Shown here piece after piece: positions 24,176-39,448 of a stretch of 64,000 nucleotides of DNA. The notes beneath the pieces are model-generated. The model searched no databases and was not told where the DNA came from. It worked only from the letters and a program-made list of their open reading frames with translations. Origin of the DNA: Batkoa obscura (Eukaryota); assembly GCA_030770535.1 (NCBI GenBank), contig JASVEC010000003.1, positions 1,116,001-1,180,000 on the forward strand, given 5' to 3'. The position numbers were made by a program, and so were the translations under genes. Within the stretch, counting starts at the first letter, position 1. Each line of letters opens with the position of its first letter.

Positions 24176-26706
24176 TTACTCTTGTAACTCAACATAATTA
24201 GCTGAAAAAAACTCATTAGTAAACCCTTAGTCCAAAAAAAAATAAAAACCTTACCAGGGAACAAACCAGTTTCGCCCTGACCATTAGTACCTTGCCACCA
24301 CTCTTCGGAAATAAATTCAATCCTTTCAATCTTATCCATTGTTAAAAAGCTTAGCTCGCCTTCTTCTGTAGCTTCATAATCATAAAGGGCAATAGCATGT
24401 GGCTATTTATTTTAAAAAAAGAACAATCATTAATTCCACTTCACTCTATAATAAGATAAAAAACAAAACTTACCATCTCACCATTAACTTCTTCTATTTG
24501 TTGATTTACACCTTCTACATGCTGACCTTCATCTTGGGCCTCACTTTCCACATGACTTTCCATAGGACCAGGGTTTTCCACAACCTCCACATAATTTGAG
24601 GGAAACAAACCAACATAACCATCTTCGTTTTTACCTTGCCACCAACCTTCATCAATTGGTTGAATTTCACAAATCATTTCTCCCTCTTTCATATTAATTT
24701 CACTATCATCAGCTGCTTGATATTCAAAGATTGCAATTGCTGTTAATAACTCTTCTTTTTCTTCTGTAGCATTGGATTGAGTATTAGCTTTAGTTTCCTA
24801 GTTAAAATGAAATTAATTAGTTATCAGTGTATTAGAGAATTAAATAATGAAATTTACTGGCTCATATTTTAATTCAGATGATAACTAAATTTATGTTAAA
24901 TTAATTACTTTTAAATAATTTTTAATAATTTTTTTACCTTTTCTTTAGCTTCTTGATGTTCTCTAAGTCTAGCTTCTTCTTCTTCTTCTTCAGTCCTCAA
25001 TCTTTCTTCTTCTTCAGTCCTCAATCTTTCTTCCTCTTCTTCAACTTTTAATCTTTCCTCTTCTTCAACTCTTAATCTTTCCTCTTCTTCAACTCTTAAT
25101 CTTTCCTCTTCTTCAACTCTTAATCTTTCCACTTCTTCAACTCTTAATCTTTCCTCTTCTTCAACTCTTAATCTTTCCTCTTCTTCAACTCTTAATCTTT
25201 CCTCTTCTTCAGCTCTTAATCTTTCCTCTTCTTCAGCCCTTTCTTGCTCTCTTGAATTTTCTTCTTTATTTCTTTGCAATTCTTCAGCTCTTCTTTGTTC
25301 ATCGACTTCTCTCCTACGTTGGTCTTCGGCTTCTCTTTTACGTTGTTCCTCACCTTCTTTTTTACGTTGTTCCTCACCTTCTTTTCTACGCCTTTCTTCT
25401 TCTTTTTGTTGACGTTCTTCCTCTTCCCTTTCTTGCTTCAATTTTTGATGTTCTTTTTCTAGGCTAGCTCTTTCCTCTTCCATTTTTTTCTGCTCTTCGA
25501 TTTCTTTTTGAACCACTGAAGGAGCATCTCTATTACCACCACCTAACTGGCCTCTTTTAGTTTTAGCAGCTTCTAATTGTTGGTGAAGTTCTTCATCTTC
25601 TGCATTAAATTTAGATTTTGTAAACGCTCCTTTACCAAAAGTAGATTGTTGGTTAAATTTAGCCTTATTTCTTTCTTGAAATTCTTTTTCAAATCTTTCC
25701 TGCTCTTCTCTTTCTTTACGTTCTTTTTCTTGAGAGCTGACGCGATCTAAAAATTGACTTTGTAAATTTCTGGTACCTGTGCTAGTTGGAGCAGGTTCAG
25801 GCTATTGAATGAAAAATTGTTGTAAGTTATGAATATTGGAATTAGGAAAATAATTACTTTTCTTACTGGTACCGCTGGTGGTGCTTGGTTCATTGTTCTT
25901 TTATAAGTTGGCATACTGGATGGAACTGTTTGGTTAACCTAAGATGAAAAAGTTAGTTTTATATTTTAATAGAATGATGATGATAAAAATTACTCTAGCT
26001 GGAACTGGAGGTTGTTGAACATTACGTTTTTGTTCATGGTATGAATATTTTGCGCCAGAACCTTCATCAATTTTTTTCATGATTTGAGCTGGTTCAACGT
26101 CACTCTAAAATATTATTAATTAAATTTATCTCAATACTTGACTTTTTTTCCTTACCTGATCTCTAGCATTAATTTGAATATGATAGCCCTAAAAAATCAC
26201 TGATTAACACCTCTTTTTTTTTTAAAACCTTTTAACTCCAATAATTTACCTTTAAAAGATTCTGTACATCACTTAAGTGAGCAGCTAATAAACCTTTACG
26301 TCTTACAGGGGCACTTTCACCACACTGTAATAAAAAACATTAAATTCTTATTCATGTTTTATGTGATTATTCAACTTACCCATGAAATAAAAATAAATTT
26401 CGGAAGATTAGTATTTGGGTCCATTACCCTAACAAAAGCGTATAATACTTTATCATCTTCAAATTCTTCACTAATTTCTTCAAGACCTCCATCTATAAAA
26501 TAAATGATTATATTTATTAATATCCTTTTTACTGATTTAAATAAAAATGTATTTCTTTTACCTCCAGTGCCACTAACTTTAAGGTCATTAGTTCCCTTCT
26601 CATATTCAAATAAAGCCCAATCAGTATCTGAAGATTTGTCAATAACAGTTTGATATGCTGATTTTAAGTCTTTAGAATGAGTAGATAAATTTAAACTTAT
26701 AGACAT
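24176..26706 (-). CDS. ABP1: actin-binding protein Abp1/drebrin-like (ADF-H, E/R-rich repeat, two SH3 domains), multi-exon
   Basis: N-terminal ADF-H (DWALFEY, GGLEE, YAFVRV.DPNT.LPKF), IMKKIDEGSGAKYS, and two SH3 domains (GWWQG...GLFPSNYV; EWWQG...GLFPANYV). Confidence 0.9.
24978..25240 (-). repeat. coding 24-nt minisatellite encoding EEEERLR(V/A/T)
   Basis: About ten near-identical TTAATCTTTCCTCTTCTTCAACTC units within the ABP1 CDS. Confidence 0.9.
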
Positions 26707-27300
26707 TTTGTTTTATTTAAAATAATAATAAAAAAACTAATTGATTTAAAATTTTTGAATTTTCAATGATTTTTTTAGTTTCAATAATCTTGGTTTCTAG
26801 GCTATTAATCTTGGCAATTTATTTTTATCTCGAAATTTCTAATTGTTGAAACGTAAGCTTAAAATTTTGAAGTTATTTTTAATCCTCAATGTTTGGCTAA
26901 TAAATTAGCTTATTACATCATAAAGTTTTTAGCGTAAAAAATCAAACTTAAAAAAAACAATAAAATATCAACATACTTAATATTAAAGCAGGACCAATTG
27001 AAATAAGCTAAACCTATAAAGGTAAACCCATTCTTGTTATATTTTGTCTACAAAAAAGTGCCCTACCATTCAATCTCCGACGATCAAAATCTTCACTCAC
27101 CAGTTTCTTTTCATTTTAAAAAAATGGAGAATTTGGACTTCAACCAATCAAATTTGCTGGCAACCAAACTCAACCAACACAACGAACAAAGCCACGAAAA
27201 GAAAAATAGAAAATTTCTCCACTTTTCAAGTTTTCTTAATTTAATTTCTACATTACCTTAACTCAGCTTACAACAACAAATATAAAAAAAACCAACAACT

Positions 27301-27975
27301 ATGAGCACTTTTACCAATTTCAGTCCTTATACTTCCGCTCCTGAAGAAAATCGAGGTAGTTATCAACCTATTGGAGATGATGTAAGTAGTTCTCGAGCAC
27401 CAGTTAACCCAGAAGAAGGTCGAGAAGCATTTAATGTTTATGAAACATCAACACCATTGCCTTTTGACGTTGAAGCTGCTCTTTGTTATCTTTTAGGTTG
27501 TATTAGTGGTAAGTAAATTGTTTTTATAGATTTTATTGTTTTTTTAAATGTAAGAAAAGGAGAATTAATGGATTAATTTATGGAATTTTAGGTGTTTTAT
27601 TTTTAATAATTGAAAAGAAGAATGATTATGTACGATATCATGCTTGGCAAGCTTGCATCTTAGGTGTATTTTCATTGGTAAGAACGATTTGTTTTAAATC
27701 ATATGCTTTTTTACTAATAATTATTCTATTCCCAGCTTTTACATTTCGTCTTTGGTTTAATTTCAAGTTTCTTATATTATACTTTATTCCTTGGTTCTGT
27801 TGTATTATCTTTCTTTTTAGCGTAAGGGGATTTTGTTTTAATATTCTGCTATTTTTACTAACGATACTATCTTTTATTCTTTAGTTATAGGGCCTACATT
27901 GATGCTAATACTTTAGTTAGGTTTCAATTACCTTATATTGGGCAATTTGCAGCTAAATGGACAGATGAAGAATAA
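27301..27975 (+). CDS. small membrane protein, DUF4870/Tic20-like, 4 exons
   Basis: Spliced translation YETSTPLPFDVEAALCYLLGCISGVLFLIIEKKNDYVRYHAWQ...YRAYIDANTLVRFQLPYIGQFAAKWTDEE*. Confidence 0.8.
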
Positions 27976-28284
27976 GAATTAATATCTTTTTTGTGAAGTT
28001 AATTCTAGCTTTTTTATATTAAAAAACATTAAATTTAAATTTATTTGGACTTATTTTTTGTTTGTTGGATAAGTGAGCTTAATTATTTATGAAAGGGTAA
28101 TTTTATTTTGTTACAATATCTGTTTTACTTAATTATTTATCCGCTTTAATTTAATAGATTGATAAGATTGTGTTTAGTTTATAGTTTATTTTAAGCTATC
28201 AAATATTGGTTTTGATTTTTTGATTTTATGACCATATGGAAGGTTTGATTAATTTAAAAAATTTAAGAATTTGGATAAAGATTA

Positions 28285-28436
28285 CAGTTACCGCAACTCT
28301 ATTGAGATCTAATTAACTGTTCATTTAAGAATAAAATTTCGCTAAAACCTAACAATTAGGCTTCAAAGATCAAATAAATAAATAACTAGTTCTAAAAATT
28401 ACCGCAAATTAAGCACCGTTAAAGTTGCAGTAGCTG
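28285..28436. mobile_element. putative Tc1/mariner-type MITE (family 2)
   Basis: TA|CAGTTACCGCAACTCTA ... TAAAGTTGCAGTAGCTG|TA: 14/17 terminal inverted repeat with TA on both sides. Confidence 0.5.
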
Positions 28437-28810
28437 TACCTTGGAAAATTTCAAAAATTAAGAATTCTTAATCTTTGAATTTTAAAAAAAGAACTCTTAA
28501 ATGTAATTTAAACTTTTAATATTTTGACGGGCAGTTTACCCCTTATGACCTTACTATGGTTATTCATAATTAAAATACAAATAGTACTAAACAATGTCAT
28601 TAAAATGTAAAACATTAAAGTAGAAAAAAGCATGTTAATAATAACTAACTAGTAATTAAAAGAGCATACCTGATAAAACTACAATTAATACCAAATAAAC
28701 CTCTTAAAAATAACTTTAAAATCGAAAACCTCATACAACAAAATATAATAAACAATAAACAAATCAAAAATTCAAGATTAATTTTTATACGAGAAGATCA
28801 AAAAAGTCAA

Positions 28811-29795
<985 letters not shown>

Positions 29796-30345
29796 CTAAA
29801 AAAATGAATAAGTAAAAAAGACCCTTTGAATTTTGAATATTTGGTGAACTATATTTTTAACCAATTAAAAAGGGCAATAATTTTGTTCTTGATATTTTTC
29901 TCTCCCTTAGTGGGGAATGAAGTCAATTGAGTTGAAAAATCAACCGAATTTCGAATTAATTTATGCAGCTTTTTATCGTACCATTTTTATTGTAAAAATT
30001 GTGGTTGGGATTTATGCAATTTTAAATCTTACTTGGTTGGTTGAATTTTAGAATATCAAAACAAGGTAATAAATTATTGTAATATTTGTTATTAAAGTGA
30101 AGTTGGAATAAGTAGTTGTAATAAAATGACAAACGATTTCATTCTTATTAAAATAAAAATGTTAATGTTTTTTTATAATAAAAATTAAGATTGAATTGAT
30201 ACTATTCTCAATTGAAAAATTCATCTTTATGAATTAAATAAAAAATACTAATTTTAATTAGAACTAAAACAAAAAAACAAAAAAAACAAAAATGGTAATC
30301 TAATACTAATTTAATATATTTAGGTAAAAATTTTCAATTTTAAAA

Positions 30346-33300
30346 TCAAGTTCTTGACTCCTCTTCATCTCTAAATTTCTTATTTGAAGAATAGACCTCT
30401 ACTTCTGTTGGATTTAAAAGATGATTAATAGAACCAATAGAACTTTCTTTAGTTTTAATAATATCCTCTTCTTCTTTTAGCCCTCTTTTAACACTGTTAT
30501 CAATATTCTCCTTCTCTTTCTTATTATTACTAAAAAACGTAGTAATTTTAGGTTGTGAGTCATCATCATCTAACTTAACAATAGCTGCAGGTCGAAGATT
30601 TCCTGAAGTTGGATAGTTGCGTACTTTAGGTTTACTACGTGTTAATATAGGTCCATCTTTAGAATCATAAACTAAAAAGTGAGAAGTTGTAGTAGATGGT
30701 GATGAATTATGGATTGCAGGGGATTGTCCTTGAGCTTGTGGGGAAGATAAATAATTGATTGGTGGTTCAATTACTTTAGTGTTTTCTTTAGGAGCTGTAA
30801 TTGTGACAATAGGAGTTGATTGTGTATTAGTAATAATATTCTTTTCAACATTATTATTATTATTGTTATTATAATTATTACTATTATTATTATTATTATT
30901 ACTATTGTTAAAAAACACTTTAGCTTTTTGTTTTTTAATTTCACATTTATCTGAAATTTCAATTAATTGATCAATATGTTTTGTTATAACAATTTCTTTT
31001 GGCCACTCTGATTCATCAAATGAAGTGAATGGTAATTCTTCATCTAAAAATACAAATTTATCCCCAGCAATACCGTATAGTATTAAAGCTTGTACAAAAG
31101 GTTCCTCATATTTATGACTCCACCAGCTAGGCATCCCATGAATCTTACGTGATTGACCTAAGATCAATTTAAAATCTTCATTTTCATATACTTTACGCCG
31201 TAAATAATACATTTGCATTATTCTTTTTATCGCTCTTTTGGCTTTTTCTGCTGTTGGTATTTCTAAATTTAACTTGAGTTTATTAGGTCCTAAAGTTGTA
31301 ATTAATTCTTCAAGAAAATTCACAACTCTTGGATTTCTTTCTTTAACATCTTTACCAGTATCGGCCATTAATGCATCATAGCACATACGTATATATTGAG
31401 ATAAATAATTTTCAAAATCATCATCATCTTTACTAAATAATTCGGATACACAACGAAATCTTGTCCAAGATCTATCAAATAAATCAAAAGACATAGTTTC
31501 AATACCAAAAGAAGAGATTGTTTTTAAAAAATTCTTAATTTCTCTAGCACTCCATGCTTTATCCATTTCTACTTGATCTGTAATATCCACATTATTTCTG
31601 ATACTACTAATTACTCTTTCAATAAATGAATTGCCATTTTTAGTTGAATTTGTTTTAGTATTATTTTTAATCGTTCCACCTACTTTTTGAAATTGGTGAA
31701 TCATTTTGCGAATTCTTAAACCAATATCTACACCTAATGGCCAATAGTATTTCTCTTCTTCATTTAATGGGGAATTATTTCGACTTTTTTTATAAGGTGG
31801 ACTTTGATCTATATTTTGTCCATCTATTTCAGGTATTGGACTTGAATCAGGTGAACTAAATTTAATACTAGAAAATATTAAATCTGAATCTTGTTTAAAT
31901 TCATCATATTGGTGATAACCATGTTTAACAATACCAATTAATAAATCCTTATCCATGTCAATAGTCCACCAAGTAGCTGGTGGTGCTGAATTGCCGCAAT
32001 CTGGTGCTTTATATAATTTTAATTCATTCTCTTCTTTTGGTACCATTTTTTCACATATTATATAAATTACTTGAATCCTTTGTAATAAACTCTTGGCTTT
32101 ATTTTGTATCTTTTCTAAATATTCTGCTGGTGCTTCTACTAAAAAGGATTTAAATTCAGCAATTTGTAATTTATCTGCATCTGGATATGGTATATTTAAT
32201 TCATTATGTAAATGTTCTAAATCTAATCCCTCTTCTCCATGATTTTTTTGATCTAATATTAATGCATTTTCAACTTCTTCAAAATCTTTACTTTCATTAT
32301 TTCCACTTCTTACCATTTTTAACATAGAACGTATAAGATGATGTACACATGCTCTAAGATCGGGTAAATTACGTCGAGTAAAACATGCACTTAATTTTTC
32401 CCAATTGGATAATCCATAAATCATTAGTTTTCTTTCTAATTTAGCTCGACCAGAAGCAGTCCAAAATCTTGGTCCTTTTGATTTATCTTCAATGAATTCA
32501 TCTTGAGAATCTTCATCTATTATATTCTTTGAATCTTTATTATTGCTGTTATTATTTTCTAAATATTCAAATCTTTTAGTTCTCTTTCTAGTTCTTGGTT
32601 CATCCAAAATCAATGGATTTTTTTCATTTAATTGTTCTAAATCAATTTCTGCTTTAGTTGCCCATTTATCCCAAAAATCAGGGTCATTTAAATCTGTTTT
32701 TTCTTCATCAAAAGTAGAAAAACTAGCTTTAGAAAATGCAGACCCTTTTTCATTACTACCATATTTAATAACTGTACTACGTCTTTCTAATATGCTATCA
32801 ATATCTTCTTCATGAAATTTACTACTTTCTGTATCGTCTAATAAAGCACCATATGCTCCTAATTTTAATAAATCATCCACTTCTTTTTTACTTAATCCTG
32901 TAGAAGAAGAAGCAGTATCACTATACCCATCCATTTTTTGCATAACTGCTTTATCTAAACCTAATTTAAGATTAGCTCGGTCAAACATTTGTCTTTCATA
33001 AGTATTAGCACATAACAATCGATAAATTTTAACGGGTTTTGTTTGACCAATACGATGAACTCTTGCTTGTGCTTGTAAATCATTTTGTGGATTCCAATCA
33101 CTATCAAATATAATAACTGTATCTGCTGCTGTTAAATTAATACCAACACCACCTGCTCTTGTACATAACAAAAAAGTAAAAGAGGTTGAAGATGTAGTAA
33201 ACCGATCAATAGCAATTTGACGTTCAGAAGATTGTACACCTCCATCAATACGTTCTGTTTCATAATTTCTATAATGTAAATATTCGGCTAATAAATCCAA

Positions 33301-35190
33301 AACCTTAGTCATTTGAGAAAATATTAATACTTTATGACCATTAGCTTTTAATTTAGGTAATAATTTATCTAATAATACTAATTTACCAGAAGATTGTATC
33401 ATTGTTTGCATTAATGATTGACTTCCTTTTTCTTCTTGTTCTTTTACAATTAATTCTTCTGCCCCTTTAATTAAAAAAGGATGATTGCAACATTTTCTCA
33501 ATTCCATCATTATATTGTTTAAACTAGGTCCTTCTCCTTTGCCACCACGTCGAATATAAGTAAAATTTCTTTCTAATATAGCTCGATACCATTTCTTTTG
33601 TACATTAGTTAATTCAACTTCAACAACTGTTTCTTCTTTAGATGGTATTGATTTTTCGACATCTTCTTTAAATCTCCTTAACATTATTGGTTTTAATAGT
33701 TCCTGCAATTCAGCTACTTCAGCTGAAGATTTAAGATCTCCAAATTCCTCTAAAAATTGTTTTTCATTTGAAAATCTAGTTGGTTCTAAGAAATTAAGTA
33801 AACTAAATAATTCGGAAACGGAGTTTTGTAAGGGAGTACCAGTTAATAAAACTCGATGCTCAATATTATAATTTCTTAATATTTCTAATACTTTAGAATT
33901 ACGATTTTTCAATCGATGAGCTTCATCAAATACACCAACTCTCCAAAATATGGGACTTAATTGAGCTGCTCCACTCAATATCATTTCATAAGTAGTAATT
34001 AATACTTCCATTTTATATAATTCCGATAATCTACCACCTTCTTCATCTTTATAATAAAATTCCGAATCAACAATTATATTTCTTGAAGTGCTACTACCGT
34101 GATAAACAACTACATTTAAATCAGTCCATGCTTTAAATTCTCTTTCCCAATGAGGTATTGTAGATAATGGAGCTACAATTAAAAATGGACCACGGATTTT
34201 ACAAGTACGATAAATATGATAAATAAATGAAACTGATTGTACAGTTTTACCTAATCCCATTTCATCTGCCATAATACTTGATCGATGATTATACCAACAA
34301 TAAGTTAACCAGTTTAAACCTTCTAATTGATAGTCTCTTAAACAGTTTTCATTTTTAAATTTAGGACTTTCAATTAATTTTTCAAATTTTTCTTTAATTG
34401 GTCTAGAAACTAAAGGTAATATCTCATTACCTGGATGTTCTTGTCGATGAATAAATAATTCATATTTTTCATTATCTAATTCTTGAATTTTACTCACTTT
34501 CTCCCAGGTGCTATTTTCATATGGTAAACCTTCCCATTTAACTAATCCATAAACACATAAGCCATCTTCTTCTTCATCATCTGTAATTTCTCCTTCATCA
34601 ATTACTCGATCAATTTCTAAATAACTCAAATTAAATCCTTCATCATATTGTTCATTATTGAACTCATAATTTTGTTTTAATTTTTTAAATCGATGTTTTC
34701 CTTGGGGCATAATATCTTCTATATATTCTCGACTTAACCATTCTAAATGATGATAACTGGTATATTTAAATTTGACTAACGCTTCTTCTTGGCCTTCATT
34801 AACACGATAAGATAATAACGACTCAATCTCTTTATCTCCAAATCCAAAGGGTATTTGAACCGGTTGATATGGTACCATTTTATACTTAGTAACTTTCTTG
34901 GGTTTAGTGACAGTATATTCCATCTTAACAGGTGACTCGGGTCGAGACTCAGAAGTTAAAATATCCGAATCTGATTCGCCTTTTTCCTAATAGAGACTAT
35001 TAGCTTGATACTAAAATTATACTAATTATGTATACTACCTTATAATTTAGCACTTTACTTCGATTTCTTGTCGAACGAGTACGGGAATTATTTGTTGAAC
35101 TGAAATTTGCTTAATCAATATATTGAAATTTAAAAATGAGAATTGAACTACTTACCCATTACCCTGATTCTCTTTAAATTGATCAGGCAT
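30346..35190 (-). CDS. chromodomain-helicase-DNA-binding protein, CHD6-9/Kismet-like, 3 exons
   Basis: Two short 5' exons from ATG 35190, then a ~4.6-kb exon. Tandem chromodomains, SNF2 ATPase (ADEMGLGKT, DEAH, DSDWNPQNDLQAQAR.HRIGQ) and SANT/SLIDE-like WW...DK.LLIG..KHGY. Confidence 0.92.
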
Positions 35191-38127
35191 TATTTTTAAT
35201 TATTAAATTAAAAAATAATATGACTATTATATTTGTATATATATATTTATGAAAGTTTATAATAATGTGAATATTAAAAAATTTCAATCCACCTTTTTTT
35301 TAATAAAAAAGTAATTATATGAACTTAGCCTTATTAAATTTTTTATGAATAATTTTATAAGGATCGTTCAATTTGATTTGTTTATTTTTTTATTATTCAT
35401 TTTTTTATTAAGTTTTATTTTTTTATATTTATTTATAAATTAAGTTTTGCTATATTATTCACTATAATCTCTAAAAATGTTTGACTTGAGTTTTTCATTA
35501 CTTTAGTTAATCCACTCTAATTGGCTTAATTTGAATTCCATTCCTTTACCACCAATCATACTAGATTGATTTTTTTTACTTTTTATCATATTTAACTAGT
35601 GCTTTTATGAATTTAATATAACTAATAACTTTTATTGGATAGTAATTGAAGATGGCATAATTGATTATTGTATTAGTTTTCATAGATTTGTTAACAAACG
35701 CTTTACACTATAGCTTAATTTTATATAGCAACGATAAAAGATAACCAAAGTTTCATACTCAATATAATAATCTCAATATAATAAAAACTAACCCCTTTTT
35801 CTATTTCAATGTAAAGAAACGTTATTTTACTTTCCCAACTCAAGCCCATTAAATCTAATTTTTGTGTGATAAAATACTTGCCCATTTAAATAGACGAGTT
35901 GGGCAATTTACCTTTGTATTTAAAAAAGTTAATCATTGTGTTTTTTTTCTATTTTTAGAATTAGCTAATATGAAATGTAAAATGCCCATCCTACATTTTC
36001 TTATTTCCATTCTAAAAAATGACTATTATTCTTTAGTCCTGGTTTTTAATCTCAATTTGCTTAACCATAATCCATGATAAGTTGAAACGTTTTCTATTTG
36101 ACTTTAATTAGAAAACTTTTATCAGGTTGAAATTGGATAGTAAAATATCATAAGTAAGCTTTAATTTTGGAATATTGCTATATAGAAAACAAAATGTAAT
36201 GTCAGTTATGGAATGCTAGCATCGATTTACAACATGAGAGTAGCAATAGTTGAATATGATCTCCCTTATAATATTTTAACTATCTTTTTTAGAACTTGAA
36301 TATTCAAATTATTTCATTAATTCTCTAACTAAAAACAGGCTCATTTTTAACATTCCATTGAATTTTCATAGTGATCTAGTGCCTAATTATTTTTGAATTT
36401 TAGGATAGTTGATTCATCACTTAGAAATTATTTTATATCTATTTATGAATAATATTGATGCTAAAATTTGATAAAACATAATAAATATGCTATAAAAAAT
36501 CTGATATTTAAATGGCCAATTTTTAAAACTACTACTAAACAATTCACAATAGGGATAAAACAACTGTACACTTTTTCATTTTTATAAAGGTTGAGACTGA
36601 AATTCGATTAGAGGATAACTTTACTAGGTTAAAAAGAGAGGTTAAAATTTAATATTGAAACTAATTAGGAAAGGTTAGTTAACATTTGAAAATAAAATAA
36701 AAAGCTGAATTTGATATAGTAAGTTGAAGAGAAGAACTGATTGTTTAGAAGTGTGATTATATATTTAATAGCTTTATTAACACTTCTTTTTTATAAATTC
36801 GTATGATAATAAATTTAAATTATTTAAAATATTACTATAATTTAAGTGTATTTTAATGTAATAATAATGCTCTGATTTTCTATTTTTATTTACATTACAT
36901 AAGAAAGCTTATTAAAAGTTATAAATAATATGGCTCATAAAAATCAGATAAATTTATTTTTAAAAGGAAAATTACAGTCAATATCAACTTCTATAAAGAC
37001 TTGCAATTAATATTATTTCTAATATTGTTGCAAAATACAAATTATTCATATTGAATATTTAAAAATAATGCCTTTTTATATGTAAGTAAACTTATACCCA
37101 AAGTTAAACTTGAGCACTAATTTTGATGTTAAAAAAGTGGTAAAGTAGGCCTAATTAAATAAAATAAAACATCTTGTTTTCTGTTTAAGAGTTGATTAAA
37201 ACATTGAAATTCTATTTTACTGAAATAAAAAAACATAGTCTATTTCATATTAAACGTTATATTTTTTAGCCAAAATTGTTAAAAAAAATACAACAGTTAA
37301 ATAAAATAGACCAAATAAGGAACTGCACTCTACAATTGTTCTTTCTTAGTTTTGAAATATTTAAACTATCAAATTGAACAAAAATAGTCACATTATTAAT
37401 TAGACTTTTAAATTCACCCATATCAGATTAATAAAAGCGTAGTTGAGGATACTTTTATACAAGTTTAATAATAGTATAAAGTTTTAATATATAAATTTTA
37501 TATATTAAAAATATAATCCACATTGACTTTTAGCTAAAGCCTCAATTAAAGACATTATTTGAAGTAGCTTAAATTTAGTTACTTTAATAATATTTAATAT
37601 TTATAACAAGTGGCTCTAAATTGTAAGTGGAACTTTGAGATTTTTTATAACGATCGTTATCAATACAATTAAATTAAAGATTAAATTTTTGAAATCAATA
37701 TTAGTAATACAACTTTGAATAGAAGAATATAAATTTTAAGAGGAGATATTTTTAGCATTAAGGTGAAATTGGAACTAAAAGTGCGTTGATATATAAATAA
37801 ATAGTTATTTATAAATTAGCTGTCAATAATTTAACTTAAATCTTCATATATTCAAAATATTGGCAATTTAATTTTCAATAAGTATTAGTTGCTAAAAAGT
37901 GGGGGATTAAAGAACAGCTTAAATGCTTAATAACAACCCAATGATTTGTTTAAGCCTCAGAATAATAAGATATCATTGGTTGAAACCCAACCCAATTCAT
38001 AGGGGGAAGAAATAAAAGAATAAAAAAAAGAGATCAAAGTGATTGGAAAAGTCAAGAAACATTCTAATTTTTTTTATAATAAAAAATCATCTATTCTTTA
38101 AAAAATAAACAATTTAATAAAATTAGG

Positions 38128-39448
38128 ATGGGTAACAATCAAGGTAAAAATAAAGGAGAAGAAAGAATCGATTTTGGTAAATTGGAACCGTATGGTATCT
38201 ACAATAATAAAGATATATTGGACTATGATGTTAAACTATTAAAGAAATGGATCTTGGCTCGTAAAATGGCTCCATTTTATAAAGGCTTAAACGATTTATC
38301 TGAGTTAAAAGATTTGAATAACAACAATGGTAAAAATGGCAATGAAACAAGTTCAAATAAAAATTTAAGTATTAAGTTAAGCTCCAGTAATAAAAAAGAA
38401 AGGGAAAATAGTAAAGATAACTTGGAAGCGTTTTATAACCAAAGTTTGGAATGTCCTATTTGCTTTTTGGTAAGTTTACTTTTACTTTTAATATTTCATG
38501 AACATGTGTTGCTTGTTTTTATTATTTTAGCTATTCTTGTATTTATACTTATCTCTATTATCTAGATTTATCCTATAAATATTAATTATTCAAACTGTTG
38601 TGACCAACCTATCTGTACTGAGTGCCTTATTCAAATTAAAAGTAAAGTAGGAAGCAATACACCACCAGAGTAAATTACTATGATTGTTTTACTATAACTA
38701 ATTAATCATCCTATCTATTTAGTTGTCCTTTTTGTGCAAAAGAAGATTTTTCCTTTTTATATTGTGCGTATGAAAACCCAGCGTTGGTGCCTAATAATGT
38801 AATCTTGTAATTTGTATCTAATTCATTCATTAACTGTATTTTTTAGTCTCAAAATTCAAATAAGTCAATAACATCGCATAAAAAAGCAATTCCTTTAAGA
38901 ATTGGTAAGTAGTTCTTTTTTACCATTAGAGCTATAGTTTACGAAACATTTTATTAATACTTTAATCTCTTTATGTAGAAGAGTTAAGACCTGAACCAAT
39001 CCGGAATATTAACTTAGACTTAAGGCAACCAATGTTAATTCACCCAGGAAGATTTTTGAGTTTAAGGCCAGGTCGTAGACAACGTTCTGGGGATAGTACA
39101 TACTCAGACTACTTTTTAACAATGCAAAGTATGGGAGTAGATTTGGAAGAACTTATGGTAATGGAAGCAATCAGAGCAAGTTTATTGGAACAAGAACAGG
39201 CGCAAGCCCAATCCCAACAGGAACAAAGTGAAGCAAGAGAAAATAATAATGAGAATAGCAGCAATAATGAAGCAGTTAATGAAACGAATTCAATAGTAGA
39301 ATCACCTACCGTTATTGAAGCTGAAGAACAAAGATCTAATAATTCAACAATAAGGGATCTATCGCATGATATAACAAACAGTAGTGATAAATCGAGTTAC
39401 CCTAATGAAATTTCAAATAGTGGAAGTACACCTAAAGTTCAATATTGA
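38128..39448 (+). CDS. SIP5: Sip5-like RING protein (SNF1-interacting), multi-exon
   Basis: MGN myristoylation-like start, G.L.P.GIY...DYD...I..RKMAPFYKGL, ECPICFL.YP.NIN.S.CCDQPICTEC..QIK, CPFC, DLEELMVMEAIRASL. Confidence 0.82.

Noticed and set aside
37482..37510. Palindrome TTTTAATATATAAA-T-TTTATATATTAAAA
   Set aside because: Pure A/T and expected by chance at this composition.
35200..38100. Long divergent intergenic region, including ORF 35862-36077
   Set aside because: No recognisable coding, RNA or repeat structure could be supported.
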